The notes under the pieces: model-generated
What the model was told of the DNA's origin: nothing
Databases searched by the model: none
What the model saw: the letters and a program-made list of their open reading frames with translations, nothing else
Translations under genes and position numbers: made by a program
In this document: positions 18,009 through 26,429 of the stretch, piece by piece
Position numbering within the stretch: position 1 is the stretch's first letter
Layout: every line of letters starts with the position of its first letter
Source: a virus
Lineage: Duplodnaviria; Caudoviricetes
Direction: 5' to 3' (one strand)
Length of the DNA: 34,794 nucleotides
Virus record (IMG/VR): IMGVR_UViG_3300011339_000093
Coordinates: 1-34,794 of that record

Positions 18009-18989
18009 TCATTTCAATAAATGTTCAATTGCAGAAGCCGCATCATCGATGCGACCAGTTTTTGCAAGACGCTGCTTTGCTCGCACACTCTCAGTTGTTG
18101 TCGAAACCCGACCAGCTGCACCAGGCTTGGCTGTTCGTGGGCCATTGTTCACCACAGGCTTAATGCCTTGGCGTTTACTTACCATCTGGTCAAACAGTGC
18201 CGCTTTACGCAGCAACAGGACCAGTCGGTGGTCGTAAACGCTCTTCAAGTCTTCATCAGAAAAGCCTGCTGCCTTTGCAGACTCAATCACCAGCGCCTTT
18301 TCGGCCTTTGCCTTCTTGGGGTCTTTCCAATCTGGCAAGGCTGCCAATAGAGCTTCTTGCTGGCTGGCAAGTTGGGCTTCCATGGCACGCTGCTGTTCAT
18401 GTTGGGAAACTTGATAAAGCCGCTGCTGTTCAGACTGAATAGCACCTAATTTCTCTTGTCGCTCCCGCATGACTTCCTTTTGCCTCACCCATTCGATCGG
18501 GTCTTCGTGATAAAGACGTTCCAGATCGACTTGAGGCTCTGAAGACTGAAGTTGGGCTTGCAATGCTCCCAACAATTGAGCGTATTGCTCACGCTCGGCC
18601 CGTACTGCCTGCGTTTCTTGCTCGACTTGCTTTCGCACTTCGGCAATCTGCTGCGTTTTACGGGTGTAGTCCTGAGTTCTGGAGTAGCCCTTCTGGAGTT
18701 CGTCTAGCGTGACAGAAACTTCCTTGCCGTCTACTTTGACAGTGAAAGTCTGTGGCTGTTCTTGCTCTTCTTGCTCTTCCTCTTCTTCGGACTGTTCCTC
18801 TGAAGAATCTTCATCTGGCGCGTCTTCCACACCAGAGTCATCATCCTCAGAAGCCGCTGCCTCTAAATCCTCTTCGGACTCTTCGGCTGGCTGCGTCTCG
18901 TCAAGTTCTGCTTGTCCCTTTTCGGGGGCTAACATTGCCGAGATAGCATTGGTCGCATCGACCATGTTCATTGCTTGTATTTCTGCCAT
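18009..18989 (-). CDS. Capsid scaffolding protein
   Basis: Acidic N-terminus; VKVDGKEVSVTLDELQKGYSRTQDYTRKTQ motif; coiled coil; upstream of MCP. Confidence 0.85.
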   Translation of the reverse strand: MAEIQAMNMVDATNAISAMLAPEKGQAELDETQPAEESEEDLEAAASEDDDSGVEDAPDEDSSEEQSEEEEEQEEQEQPQTFTVKVDGKEVSVTLDELQKGYSRTQDYTRKTQQIAEVRKQVEQETQAVRAEREQYAQLLGALQAQLQSSEPQVDLERLYHEDPIEWVRQKEVMRERQEKLGAIQSEQQRLYQVSQHEQQRAMEAQLASQQEALLAALPDWKDPKKAKAEKALVIESAKAAGFSDEDLKSVYDHRLVLLLRKAALFDQMVSKRQGIKPVVNNGPRTAKPGAAGRVSTTTESVRAKQRLAKTGRIDDAASAIEHLLK

Positions 18990-18998
18990 AGTATTTTC

Positions 18999-19262
18999 TT
19001 AAATTAGATTTTTCTGTGATTTGACGATAGCGTTTTGGGCAATCTTGCCGTTGTCCATGATCTTGATCAACTCTTGCCTCAGACCATCAATAGCCTGCAA
19101 CATACACCACGCTGTCTCTCGCTTCACAGACTCTTCGGGTTTCGAGGATCGAAATGCCCAAAGTTGGTCGTTTTCCAATTTTGCAATTGCAGTGTTGAGG
19201 GTTTCATCCTCAAGCAGCTGCTTGGCCTTTCGGCCTTTATTTACCTGGTCTTCATTTGTCAC
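18999..19262 (-). CDS. Small conserved head-module protein
   Basis: 87 aa helical protein between portal and scaffold. Confidence 0.65.
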   Translation of the reverse strand: MTNEDQVNKGRKAKQLLEDETLNTAIAKLENDQLWAFRSSKPEESVKRETAWCMLQAIDGLRQELIKIMDNGKIAQNAIVKSQKNLI

Positions 19263-21476
19263 TTACTGTGCCATTCCTTGAAAGGTTGATGGGGGCATCA
19301 TCTCAGGCGCTGGTGGCTGCTGCTGCTGCACAAACTGTGCGGCTTGCTGCTGGGCCAAGAGTGCCTGCTGACGCATTGCTTCACGATCAATACTTTGGGC
19401 CGCATCAATTTCGGCTGTACTGATCTGTGATTTGTACTTTAACTCAATTTCATACTTTTTGAGATACATATCCTGAGCCATCTTGTCGCGGTTTAAATCA
19501 TCATCCATGATCATTTGCTGGCGCTTTAGTTCCAGCTCTGCCGCTTTCTTTTGGATGTCGGCCTTGATCGACTCGGCCTGCACCTGGGCCAGCACCTCTT
19601 CGGGGCTTGGCTTTTGTTGTGGCGCTGGTGGCACATAGTCGGCAGGGATATTCTGGAAAAAGCTGGTTGCGTCTTTAAAGCCAGATAGCTCTACGATTTT
19701 TCGCAGGGTATTACTAAACTGCTGGGGCGTGACCAATGGGTTTGTTGGGCCAAGCTGCTGCAAGATTTGCTCTTGCTTGGCCATGATCATCATCAGCGCT
19801 TGGAGCTTCTCATTGGTGTCGCCATTGCCCAAGGCAATATTGATGTTGGCATCCATGCTGGTGTCCCAGAATCTTGGATCAATTTGCACCCACTCATTGC
19901 GCATTCGCACCATACGGGCTTTGTCCTGGTGCGTTGTGGCCAAGAACAAAATGCCCTTGAATAGTTTTTTCATGCCTTCGGCCAGAATTCTGGCAGTCAA
20001 TTCAATCCGGCCTTGGCTGGCGCTGATCGTTGCGTTGACAGCTGCTTTGGTGCTTGACTGCAATGCATCAGCGTTCAGACCCATGGCCGCCTTGCTCATG
20101 CCGGTGCGGTCTTCCTTGATCTGGTCCATGTATTCCATCATCGGGAATGCGGCCTGACCCACAAATGGAGTCGTTAATGGCTGGACCATGCCAGGCGCAC
20201 GCATACGAATGATTGCGCCTGTCTCGTTGTTCAAAACATCATCAATGTTGACTTGGCCTTCGACCACTGCCGTGCGCGGATGGATCGACTGGGCCAGACT
20301 GTCCAATGTGTTTCTGAGTATTTCCGACTTGATCTCTTGCAAGTCGCGGGTGATGTCAAAAATCGACATGGCCTCAAGTGGGCTTGTGTGCGGCTCTGGA
20401 TCGCAGGGGAAGTCAGCAAATGGAATGTAGCTGGCCGGTAGATTGCGCACCACCTTATAGCCGCCACCCATGCAGCAGACTTTTCTCAGTTCTGCAATGC
20501 CATCACCATCAAAGTCCACACGGGAATAAGCCTCGATGTAAAGCACTCTGCGCATCATCGGGTTGGCAGCGTCATTTGTGCCAAACGTGGTGGACAGTGG
20601 CTGACGCGCCAAATACTCGTCATTGCTATCTAAGTCAGTTGAAGACATATTCTCTTCAATCTCATCCTGGTCATAACCCATGGCCAACAAATCAGCCATG
20701 GTGGCCATTTGCCTGTGGGCAATGATGGTCGCGTCATCAAACGATCTGGCGCGTCTGTCCAGTAGCAATTCTTCGGGTGGCACGGCCATGATCCTGATCC
20801 GGCCATCCTTTGTGATCCGCTTGATCTGCACATCATGGATCATGGGTGCAGGCATCACCATTGGCTGGCCAGTTGTTGGATCGACAGTCGTCAGTTGCGC
20901 TTCATCAATGGCAGGGTCTGGATAAGACGTAATGATCTTGACCTCGCCACCAGGCTCTTGCATCAGCATCTCTAGCGTCTGGTCGTCTAGGCCGGTGTAC
21001 TCTTCAATCCGGACCTTCTCTTCATCTTCCCACCAGAATTTGGCAATGCCGCATTTCCTGACCAGTGCATCCTTAAAAATCGCATAGCTCGTCAAAAACC
21101 CGTTGTTGTCGTTTTGGAATACATAGTTTGCGTAGTCGGTCGCCTGCTGCGCCATCTTCACATCTTCTGGGCCACGGGGTGCAAACTCGACCACATTCTC
21201 AGAATTAAAGAAAACCCGCATCAGGCTTGGCAGCATGGCCGAGACAGTGTCCCGCACCTCCATGGCCACCACCTTGCTGTTGCCTTCGACCTCATTGCCG
21301 AATAAATCACCGCGATAGTATTCAGTCCCCTTGGCGCGTGTGGGGGACAGATCACTGTCCACATAGCTGATGGCATCGGTCAGGTCTTGCGTGACGATGC
21401 TTTGCAGCTCTGCATCATCCATTGGCTCGGTGGCTGCAATGTCGGTGGATAAATTTTCGGTGATGTTTTCAATCAT
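19263..21476 (-). CDS. Portal protein (P22 gp1-like)
   Basis: 737 aa; ATDYANYVF, FKDALVRKCG, EDRTG; long Gln-rich C-terminal barrel; synteny. Confidence 0.9.
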   Translation of the reverse strand: MIENITENLSTDIAATEPMDDAELQSIVTQDLTDAISYVDSDLSPTRAKGTEYYRGDLFGNEVEGNSKVVAMEVRDTVSAMLPSLMRVFFNSENVVEFAPRGPEDVKMAQQATDYANYVFQNDNNGFLTSYAIFKDALVRKCGIAKFWWEDEEKVRIEEYTGLDDQTLEMLMQEPGGEVKIITSYPDPAIDEAQLTTVDPTTGQPMVMPAPMIHDVQIKRITKDGRIRIMAVPPEELLLDRRARSFDDATIIAHRQMATMADLLAMGYDQDEIEENMSSTDLDSNDEYLARQPLSTTFGTNDAANPMMRRVLYIEAYSRVDFDGDGIAELRKVCCMGGGYKVVRNLPASYIPFADFPCDPEPHTSPLEAMSIFDITRDLQEIKSEILRNTLDSLAQSIHPRTAVVEGQVNIDDVLNNETGAIIRMRAPGMVQPLTTPFVGQAAFPMMEYMDQIKEDRTGMSKAAMGLNADALQSSTKAAVNATISASQGRIELTARILAEGMKKLFKGILFLATTHQDKARMVRMRNEWVQIDPRFWDTSMDANINIALGNGDTNEKLQALMMIMAKQEQILQQLGPTNPLVTPQQFSNTLRKIVELSGFKDATSFFQNIPADYVPPAPQQKPSPEEVLAQVQAESIKADIQKKAAELELKRQQMIMDDDLNRDKMAQDMYLKKYEIELKYKSQISTAEIDAAQSIDREAMRQQALLAQQQAAQFVQQQQPPAPEMMPPSTFQGMAQ

Positions 21477-22006
21477 GGCTTGACCTTTGTTAGAACCACA
21501 TACATGGAGTCCACAGCCCTTGGCGTGCGGATAATTTCGTCTTGTGGCAATTCTAGTGCTTCTCCCACCTTTGAGAGCCTCATTTCCAGCGTTGTCAACT
21601 CAAACCGATCTGGCCACCCCAAGTACCAGTGCCAATCGGTGTAATAGCGCCAAGAATTCTCATTGAATGCCCTGACATGGGTCGGGTCTTGCCAAGCGCC
21701 AAGACTCAGGTCATACGGCACATGAATCCGCATCTCACCGCCCACCTTCAGCAGCTCCTTGCAGTTGGTCATGGCATCGACTAGATTTGGGATGTGTTCC
21801 AGCACATCATTGGCCACAATAACCTCAAACATACCTGGCACGATCTCAAGTTGGCCAAATCGCGTCTTTAGCGTGTCTCCCCACTTGACCTTGCTGATAT
21901 CGACCAGCCAGTCAGGATTCTTGCTGGCTTGAATATCTGCATTGAGATACTCAGGATTCCAGTCTTTGCCAGAACCTAGATTAAGAATCAAACCAGGCAC
22001 TCGCAT
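21473..22006 (-). CDS. SAM-dependent methyltransferase (class I)
   Basis: LNLGSG motif I, ANDVLEHI, LKVGG, DPTH. Start placed at MRVPG (22006). Confidence 0.85.
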   Translation of the reverse strand: MRVPGLILNLGSGKDWNPEYLNADIQASKNPDWLVDISKVKWGDTLKTRFGQLEIVPGMFEVIVANDVLEHIPNLVDAMTNCKELLKVGGEMRIHVPYDLSLGAWQDPTHVRAFNENSWRYYTDWHWYLGWPDRFELTTLEMRLSKVGEALELPQDEIIRTPRAVDSMYVVLTKVKP

Positions 22007-22676
22007 ATTCTGGCCGATTCTCTTTGAGCCATGGCAGCGCATCCTCATGGAGCTTCTGCGCGTCAAAGCCAATGGTGTTTGAGCCAATGTGGTGGACATA
22101 GCTTGCACTCACATAGTGGCCATAGCCTTTTCTCACCAAGTCCATACAATGCACATCGTCACTGTACCAATTCAGAGGGGGAAACTTTGCCTCTTCAAAT
22201 GCATCACTTGATATCCATGCAAAGATTGGGCTAACCTCTTGGACCAGTTTGATGTGGGCCTCAGACGGGAATTTGTAAAAATTCAGCTTCTCCGGCTGCT
22301 CAGTAATCCGCACATTCTGACAAGGTCTGGCCGCATCGCACCTGGCGGCCACCCACCCAGCTTTGTAGCTGTTCATGGTCCTGACAATGGCCACATCTTC
22401 CATCAGCACCTTCACACTGGTAGGTGTCAGCACTATATCGTCATTGGCCACAATGCACGATGACCAGTCTTTGAGGGCTGCCTCAATGATCTCGTTGTAG
22501 TCCTCGCCAAAGTTCCTTGGCTGGCCATAAATCTTGAAGTCGGCTTGGTAATTGTCAATCACCGACTGTGGGCCTCTGAGATAGACCGGACACTCTGGCG
22601 CGTATTGCTTGATCGATTCAAGCAGCACCGACAGACCATGGCCCTTGACAGTGGCAATGACAATTGGACAGATCAT
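21981..22676 (-). CDS. Glycosyltransferase family 2-like protein
   Basis: Start MICPIVIAT (22676, ATGA overlap); IVANDDIVL, WYSDDVHC, YVHHIGS motifs. Confidence 0.8.
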   Translation of the reverse strand: MICPIVIATVKGHGLSVLLESIKQYAPECPVYLRGPQSVIDNYQADFKIYGQPRNFGEDYNEIIEAALKDWSSCIVANDDIVLTPTSVKVLMEDVAIVRTMNSYKAGWVAARCDAARPCQNVRITEQPEKLNFYKFPSEAHIKLVQEVSPIFAWISSDAFEEAKFPPLNWYSDDVHCMDLVRKGYGHYVSASYVHHIGSNTIGFDAQKLHEDALPWLKENRPEYASAWFDS

Positions 22677-22969
22677 TTCTTCGCCTTGTTTCTCGCAGAT
22701 ATTGCAGCCGCCTTGGCTTTCGCATCGGCCTTGGAGCTTGCGCCCCATGCCTTCAGACTCAGCAGCAGCCGTGTTGGCTCACCGCCCTTCATCTCAGGCC
22801 CAGGCATATTGCCCATTCGCGCCAAGAATGATGCGCGTCTTGGGTTGTCGCCTGCCTTGACTGGCGCTTTAAGGTCCATGCCTTGCGCCTTCGCGCTGGC
22901 ACGGCCCTTGGCATTTAAGCCGCCAGATGGGCTTTTGCCCTCTTTACGCTGCCAAGCTGGTGTCTTCAT
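22673..22969 (-). CDS. Small basic conserved phage protein (DUF6321-like)
   Basis: KSPSGGLNAKGRAS...RRASFLARM...SLKAW motif. Confidence 0.7.
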   Translation of the reverse strand: MKTPAWQRKEGKSPSGGLNAKGRASAKAQGMDLKAPVKAGDNPRRASFLARMGNMPGPEMKGGEPTRLLLSLKAWGASSKADAKAKAAAISARNKAKK

Positions 22970-23118
22970 TTCTTTTTTACTGGCTTGGCGGTTTTAGCCG
23001 CAGCTTTAAAGTCAGCAGCGCTTGGCGCACCCTTTGCCCCAGGCTTGCGCATCTTCTCTTTGCTGCCAGCAGCAATTCTTTCGCGTTTTGCATGAATGTT
23101 TGCATATAGACCTTTCAA
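22966..23118 (-). CDS. Small Lys-rich protein (50 aa)
   Basis: TTG start overlapping the upstream TGA: MKGLYANIHAKRERIAAGSKEKMRKPGAKGAPSAADFKAAAKTAKPVKKK. Confidence 0.7.
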   Translation of the reverse strand: MKGLYANIHAKRERIAAGSKEKMRKPGAKGAPSAADFKAAAKTAKPVKKK

Positions 23119-23588
23119 TCTTCTTCTCCTTCGCTTTCCATATCTTCGCCCTCTTGCTCGCCCGTGTTCGGGCCACCAACCACCCAGGCATCGCACGTTC
23201 TGCTGGCTGCACACTTGAAGTCGAAAATCTCGCAATAGCCAAGGTCGGCCAGCTTGATCGTTCCCCATGGGTCTGCTTCCATGCCAATACCCTCTGCAAT
23301 GCACTGCTTGATGTTGTCAGACACATTGAATGCCGCGCAGTTGCCGCATAGAGACTGCTTTGCGTCTTCGGTTGAGACATCCCACTGGTCAGCCTTCTTG
23401 CGCCAAAAAGCCTCATTGGGCAGATTGGGATTCTCAGGACCATAGGCCGCGCTGGTGATTGCCTTGGCTCGGTTTTTTAGGTTGAGGGTAATGTCTTGCG
23501 TGGGCATGGGGCAGTTCTCGCCTGCGCTCATGTCCTCGCCAGGCTCTTTGTCCATGACCTGGCTCATGGTGCGTTTTAAAGTAGCCAT
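23115..23588 (-). CDS. Cys-motif protein (CGNC...C...C-DAW; HiPIP-like metal-binding pattern)
   Basis: CGNCAAF...GYCEIFDFKCAASRTCDAW; acidic tail. Confidence 0.65.
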   Translation of the reverse strand: MATLKRTMSQVMDKEPGEDMSAGENCPMPTQDITLNLKNRAKAITSAAYGPENPNLPNEAFWRKKADQWDVSTEDAKQSLCGNCAAFNVSDNIKQCIAEGIGMEADPWGTIKLADLGYCEIFDFKCAASRTCDAWVVGGPNTGEQEGEDMESEGEED

Positions 23589-23767
23589 TATTTTTTCGCT
23601 TTCTTTTGTTTAACGCCAGCCGAGCTTAAAGCAATGGCCAGTCCCTGCGCTTTACTTTTAACGATTGGACCACCCTTGCCAGAATGTAGTTTTCCGGCTT
23701 GAAATTCTTTGTAAACCTTAGAGATTTTTTTCTCTGTCTTGGTTTTTTGCATGGCCATCCCTTTCAT
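23588..23767 (-). CDS. Small basic protein (DUF6496-like)
   Basis: Manual read: MKGMAMQKTKTEKKISKVYKEFQAGKLHSGKGGPIVKSKAQGLAIALSSAGVKQKKAKK; start could be 23767, 23758 or 23752. Confidence 0.7.
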   Translation of the reverse strand: MKGMAMQKTKTEKKISKVYKEFQAGKLHSGKGGPIVKSKAQGLAIALSSAGVKQKKAKK

Positions 23768-23785
23768 GGTTAGTGGATTTCGTAA

Positions 23786-25192
23786 TTATGCAACCCGCGA
23801 CAAGTTTCTGCGCAATGGCTGACTCCACTTGCTACTTGATGCACTGCCGTACATTCCCGCCACCGCATCACTGGCAAATGTCAGGACAAAGGCATCGGCC
23901 TTGTCAGGGCTTGGCAGGCCGCGCCTCTTGATCTCGTCTTTACCCTCAATGGCGATCTTGCCGTTTGAAGTGAATGAGTACCGCACTGTGGCCAGCTCGG
24001 CAATCAGCACATCATCCTTTGGCATCTTGCAGTCCCGTGCTTCGAGCCAAGCCCTTGCCCTGTACCAAAGCTCTGCCTTCAAGTTCCTGTAAGTTCCGCC
24101 CATGGCTGGGGACTCGGACACGTTGATGCCTCTGGCCGGCAGGCCCAGTTCTCTCAACCGGTCCACCACCCCAGCGCCTAAACCGATACTATCCACCAGT
24201 ATCTCTTTGGGCTGCTGGCTCGGTGGCAGCGCCTGGTACTCGGCCACCACCGCGCCAGTCAATTGCATCAGGTCCAAATTCTTCCAAGTCCGTATCGCTT
24301 CAGTCACCGCATTGCCTTGGCGCTTACATAGGGCTGACCGGTCACTGCCAAACCTTGCCACATCCAAGCCCCAGATCATGGGCGCATACTCACTTGGCGC
24401 CACATCCCGATTCAATGCACTTTCCAATAGGTCCATGGCAATGACAGTGTCATCATCCCCTTTGGGAAACTCACCCACCACCCTGATGCGGTAGACGTTG
24501 CTGTCTTCCCCATAGCGCATGGCCATCTCATCAATGTACTCTTTGGAGACCCTTGGACTGTCCATGCAAGAGACTTGAAACGTGGTCCACTCATCTGCCA
24601 GGCGCGTATGGGTATCGTAGAAAAATCCGCTACTTCTCACCGGATTGCCCAGCAATAGCGTCACCGCATTGTGGCCAGACATCGATCCAGCCGCTGCCTC
24701 GAACACCTGCTCTGGCACACCAGAAGCCTCATCAGCCACCAGCATCACGTTCTCTGAGTGAATCCCCTGCAAAGCCTCTGGCTGCTCTGCCCTAGATGTC
24801 CTTGCCGAGATAAACATCTCAGTGGGTGCGGCATTGAATTCAATCCTCTCTTGCTTGACAGTCAAGAGCTGCTGCAAGGGCAATGGCATTGAGTTGATCC
24901 ACCTCTTTAGCTCTGCAAACATCGCGTCATAAAGCTGGCTGCTCGTTGGTGCAGTCACCACCACCTTGACAGGACTCCTGGTCATAAAGTACCAGAGCAT
25001 GGCCCAGCTGCTTGCCGTACTCTTTCCCACCCCGTGGCCACTCCTGACACTTATCTTCCTATCACCCCGTGCAATAGCCTTCAAAAACTCAATCTGCCAC
25101 ACATCAGGATCAACCCCCAACACCTCTTGAACAAACAAGACAGGATCAGGCTGATACCGGTCCACCCACTGACTGAAGACATTTTCTTTCAT
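23786..25192 (-). CDS. terL: Terminase large subunit
   Basis: Walker A SGHGVGKS, Walker B LVADEASG, LLGNP coupling motif, nuclease GLDVARFGSD and SPDKADA. Confidence 0.95.
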   Translation of the reverse strand: MKENVFSQWVDRYQPDPVLFVQEVLGVDPDVWQIEFLKAIARGDRKISVRSGHGVGKSTASSWAMLWYFMTRSPVKVVVTAPTSSQLYDAMFAELKRWINSMPLPLQQLLTVKQERIEFNAAPTEMFISARTSRAEQPEALQGIHSENVMLVADEASGVPEQVFEAAAGSMSGHNAVTLLLGNPVRSSGFFYDTHTRLADEWTTFQVSCMDSPRVSKEYIDEMAMRYGEDSNVYRIRVVGEFPKGDDDTVIAMDLLESALNRDVAPSEYAPMIWGLDVARFGSDRSALCKRQGNAVTEAIRTWKNLDLMQLTGAVVAEYQALPPSQQPKEILVDSIGLGAGVVDRLRELGLPARGINVSESPAMGGTYRNLKAELWYRARAWLEARDCKMPKDDVLIAELATVRYSFTSNGKIAIEGKDEIKRRGLPSPDKADAFVLTFASDAVAGMYGSASSSKWSQPLRRNLSRVA

Positions 25193-25392
25193 GGGTGAAT
25201 AGTCTCATAGATGGCCCATGCACCAGGACTCATCACAAACTTATACGCATCCAGCTCATCAGTCCTGACCAGTATCAGCAAATGCAGCGTCATCGCATAA
25301 TCATATTGACCATCTTGAACCGCCTGCATCATCTTCACCCTCAAGTCCACCAGCACCACCTCAAGGTGCAGCGCTGTCAATAAATCAGTCAT
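25189..25392 (-). CDS. Hypothetical protein
   Basis: MTDLLTALHL... with ATGA overlaps on both sides. Confidence 0.6.
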   Translation of the reverse strand: MTDLLTALHLEVVLVDLRVKMMQAVQDGQYDYAMTLHLLILVRTDELDAYKFVMSPGAWAIYETIHP

Positions 25393-25586
25393 TTCATCCT
25401 CGCTTGCTTTAAGTTCCTGCCCGTCTCCCGATCGGTCCAGCATGATGCACATATCCACCTAGATTGATTCATCTGCACCCCACCCTCTGGCGGCTTCATC
25501 TCTTCACACTTATTGCACAGCTTGAGCTTGTGGCCATGCACGTTGCCATTGAGCCTGATGTGGTTATTTACAAAATTACTCTTCAT
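25389..25586 (-). CDS. Small zinc-finger protein
   Basis: MKSNFVNN...CNKC...CASC; ATGA overlaps. Confidence 0.65.
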   Translation of the reverse strand: MKSNFVNNHIRLNGNVHGHKLKLCNKCEEMKPPEGGVQMNQSRWICASCWTDRETGRNLKQARMK

Positions 25587-25795
25587 GTTCTCGCTGGACA
25601 AGTTCTGCCCTGATTGCAATTTCCATGGCATGGTGGACATTTCTTATCAATGAAATCATGTTCATTCACCCATGTCCTCAGTACCAGCCCACAGGCCGGA
25701 CCAGGTGGCTGCTCTTTTGGTTTGTCTAAATACCTATAAACTGCCCAAGCAATAATAAGTACATTCACGGCAATGATTAAATAGACAATAATCAC
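25583..25795 (-). CDS. Small TM protein with Cys-rich tail
   Basis: N-terminal TM helix; CPPCHGNCNQGRTCP. Confidence 0.65.
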   Translation of the reverse strand: MIIVYLIIAVNVLIIAWAVYRYLDKPKEQPPGPACGLVLRTWVNEHDFIDKKCPPCHGNCNQGRTCPART

Positions 25796-25953
25796 TGTAT
25801 TCTCTTAATTTCATTATTTGGGTGGATTAACCACTTATCACCCAAATACCTTAATGCTTTAATATATTGTTTCTGATTATGCCTATTAGTGCTTCTAGGC
25901 ACATAATCAACATTAAATAACTGCCTGACTTTAGTTAATAAGGTGATATTCAT
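25792..25953 (-). CDS. Hypothetical protein (53 aa)
   Basis: Manual read: MNITLLTKVRQLFNVDYVPRSTNRHNQKQYIKALRYLGDKWLIHPNNEIKRIQ; overlaps at both ends. Confidence 0.65.
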   Translation of the reverse strand: MNITLLTKVRQLFNVDYVPRSTNRHNQKQYIKALRYLGDKWLIHPNNEIKRIQ

Positions 25954-26114
25954 ATTATCCCCACAATCTTGTTAACCTCAACCCATGTGTGCCACACAAT
26001 CGTACTGTCTGGCTTGCCCAAGGCGCAGAAGACTTTATTGTCCTTGGTCTCATCAGTGTCTAAGACGATCCACTCCTGGTCATCAATTGTGACTGTCGCT
26101 TGCTTCGTTTGCAT
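25950..26114 (-). CDS. Hypothetical protein (54 aa)
   Basis: Manual read: MQTKQATVTIDDQEWIVLDTDETKDNKVFCALGKPDSTIVWHTWVEVNKIVGII; first gene after the predicted promoter. Confidence 0.6.
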   Translation of the reverse strand: MQTKQATVTIDDQEWIVLDTDETKDNKVFCALGKPDSTIVWHTWVEVNKIVGII

Positions 26115-26145
26115 AGGGTTTTAGTGTTGAGTTGGTGGAGATTGA

Positions 26146-26175
26146 ATTGTGATCGGTTTTTGCGCTTTATGTCAA
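26146..26175 (-). promoter_or_regulatory. Sigma70-like promoter for the small-ORF/terL/structural operon
   Basis: TTGACA (26175-26170), 18 nt, CACAAT (26151-26146). Confidence 0.55.
26160..26175. promoter_or_regulatory. Operator-like motif copy 1 (TTGCGCTTTATGTCAA)
   Basis: Near-identical copies at 27290, 32413 and 33244. Confidence 0.6.
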
Positions 26176-26296
26176 CTACCTCAAAATTTTTTTAGAAAAA
26201 TTTTTTTTGTAGGTGTTTAGTGCCGCCACAGTCGCCCCCGCCAATCCGGCCAAGGGGGGGGTCTCGGCCACCGACCGCCAGCCGGCCACCGCTGGG

Positions 26297-26397
26297 TTAT
26301 CCACGGATTTTGGCCAACCTTATCCACAGATTCCTGTGCATAACTAGGCTTGTAATACTTTGATGCACTTAATTCTGTGGATATCTACTTATCCACT
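26297..26397. promoter_or_regulatory. DnaA-box cluster I (five boxes)
   Basis: TTATCCACG 26297, TTATCCACA 26320, TGTGCATAA 26335, TGTGGATAT 26376, TTATCCACT 26389; consensus TTWTNCACA. Confidence 0.7.
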
Positions 26398-26422
26398 TAA
26401 CATAATGGTCATTGTATTAAGT
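26395..26422 (-). other. dif: dif-like XerC/XerD recombination site
   Basis: Minus strand ACTTAATACAA-TGACCA-TTATGTTAAGT; 11-6-11 geometry; right arm matches the E. coli XerD arm TTATGTTAAAT at 10/11. Confidence 0.7.
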
Positions 26423-26429
26423 GACTGAA

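Noticed and set aside
22966-23304. 112-aa version of the Lys-rich ORF, and similar long N-terminal extensions at 22108, 22748, 16066 and 27435
   Set aside because: The extensions overlap upstream genes extensively; shorter starts with stop/start coupling or an RBS fit better.
1134-25383. Numerous plus-strand ORFs of 60-195 aa in the ORF track
   Set aside because: They are antisense shadows of well-supported minus-strand genes and have no recognisable motifs.
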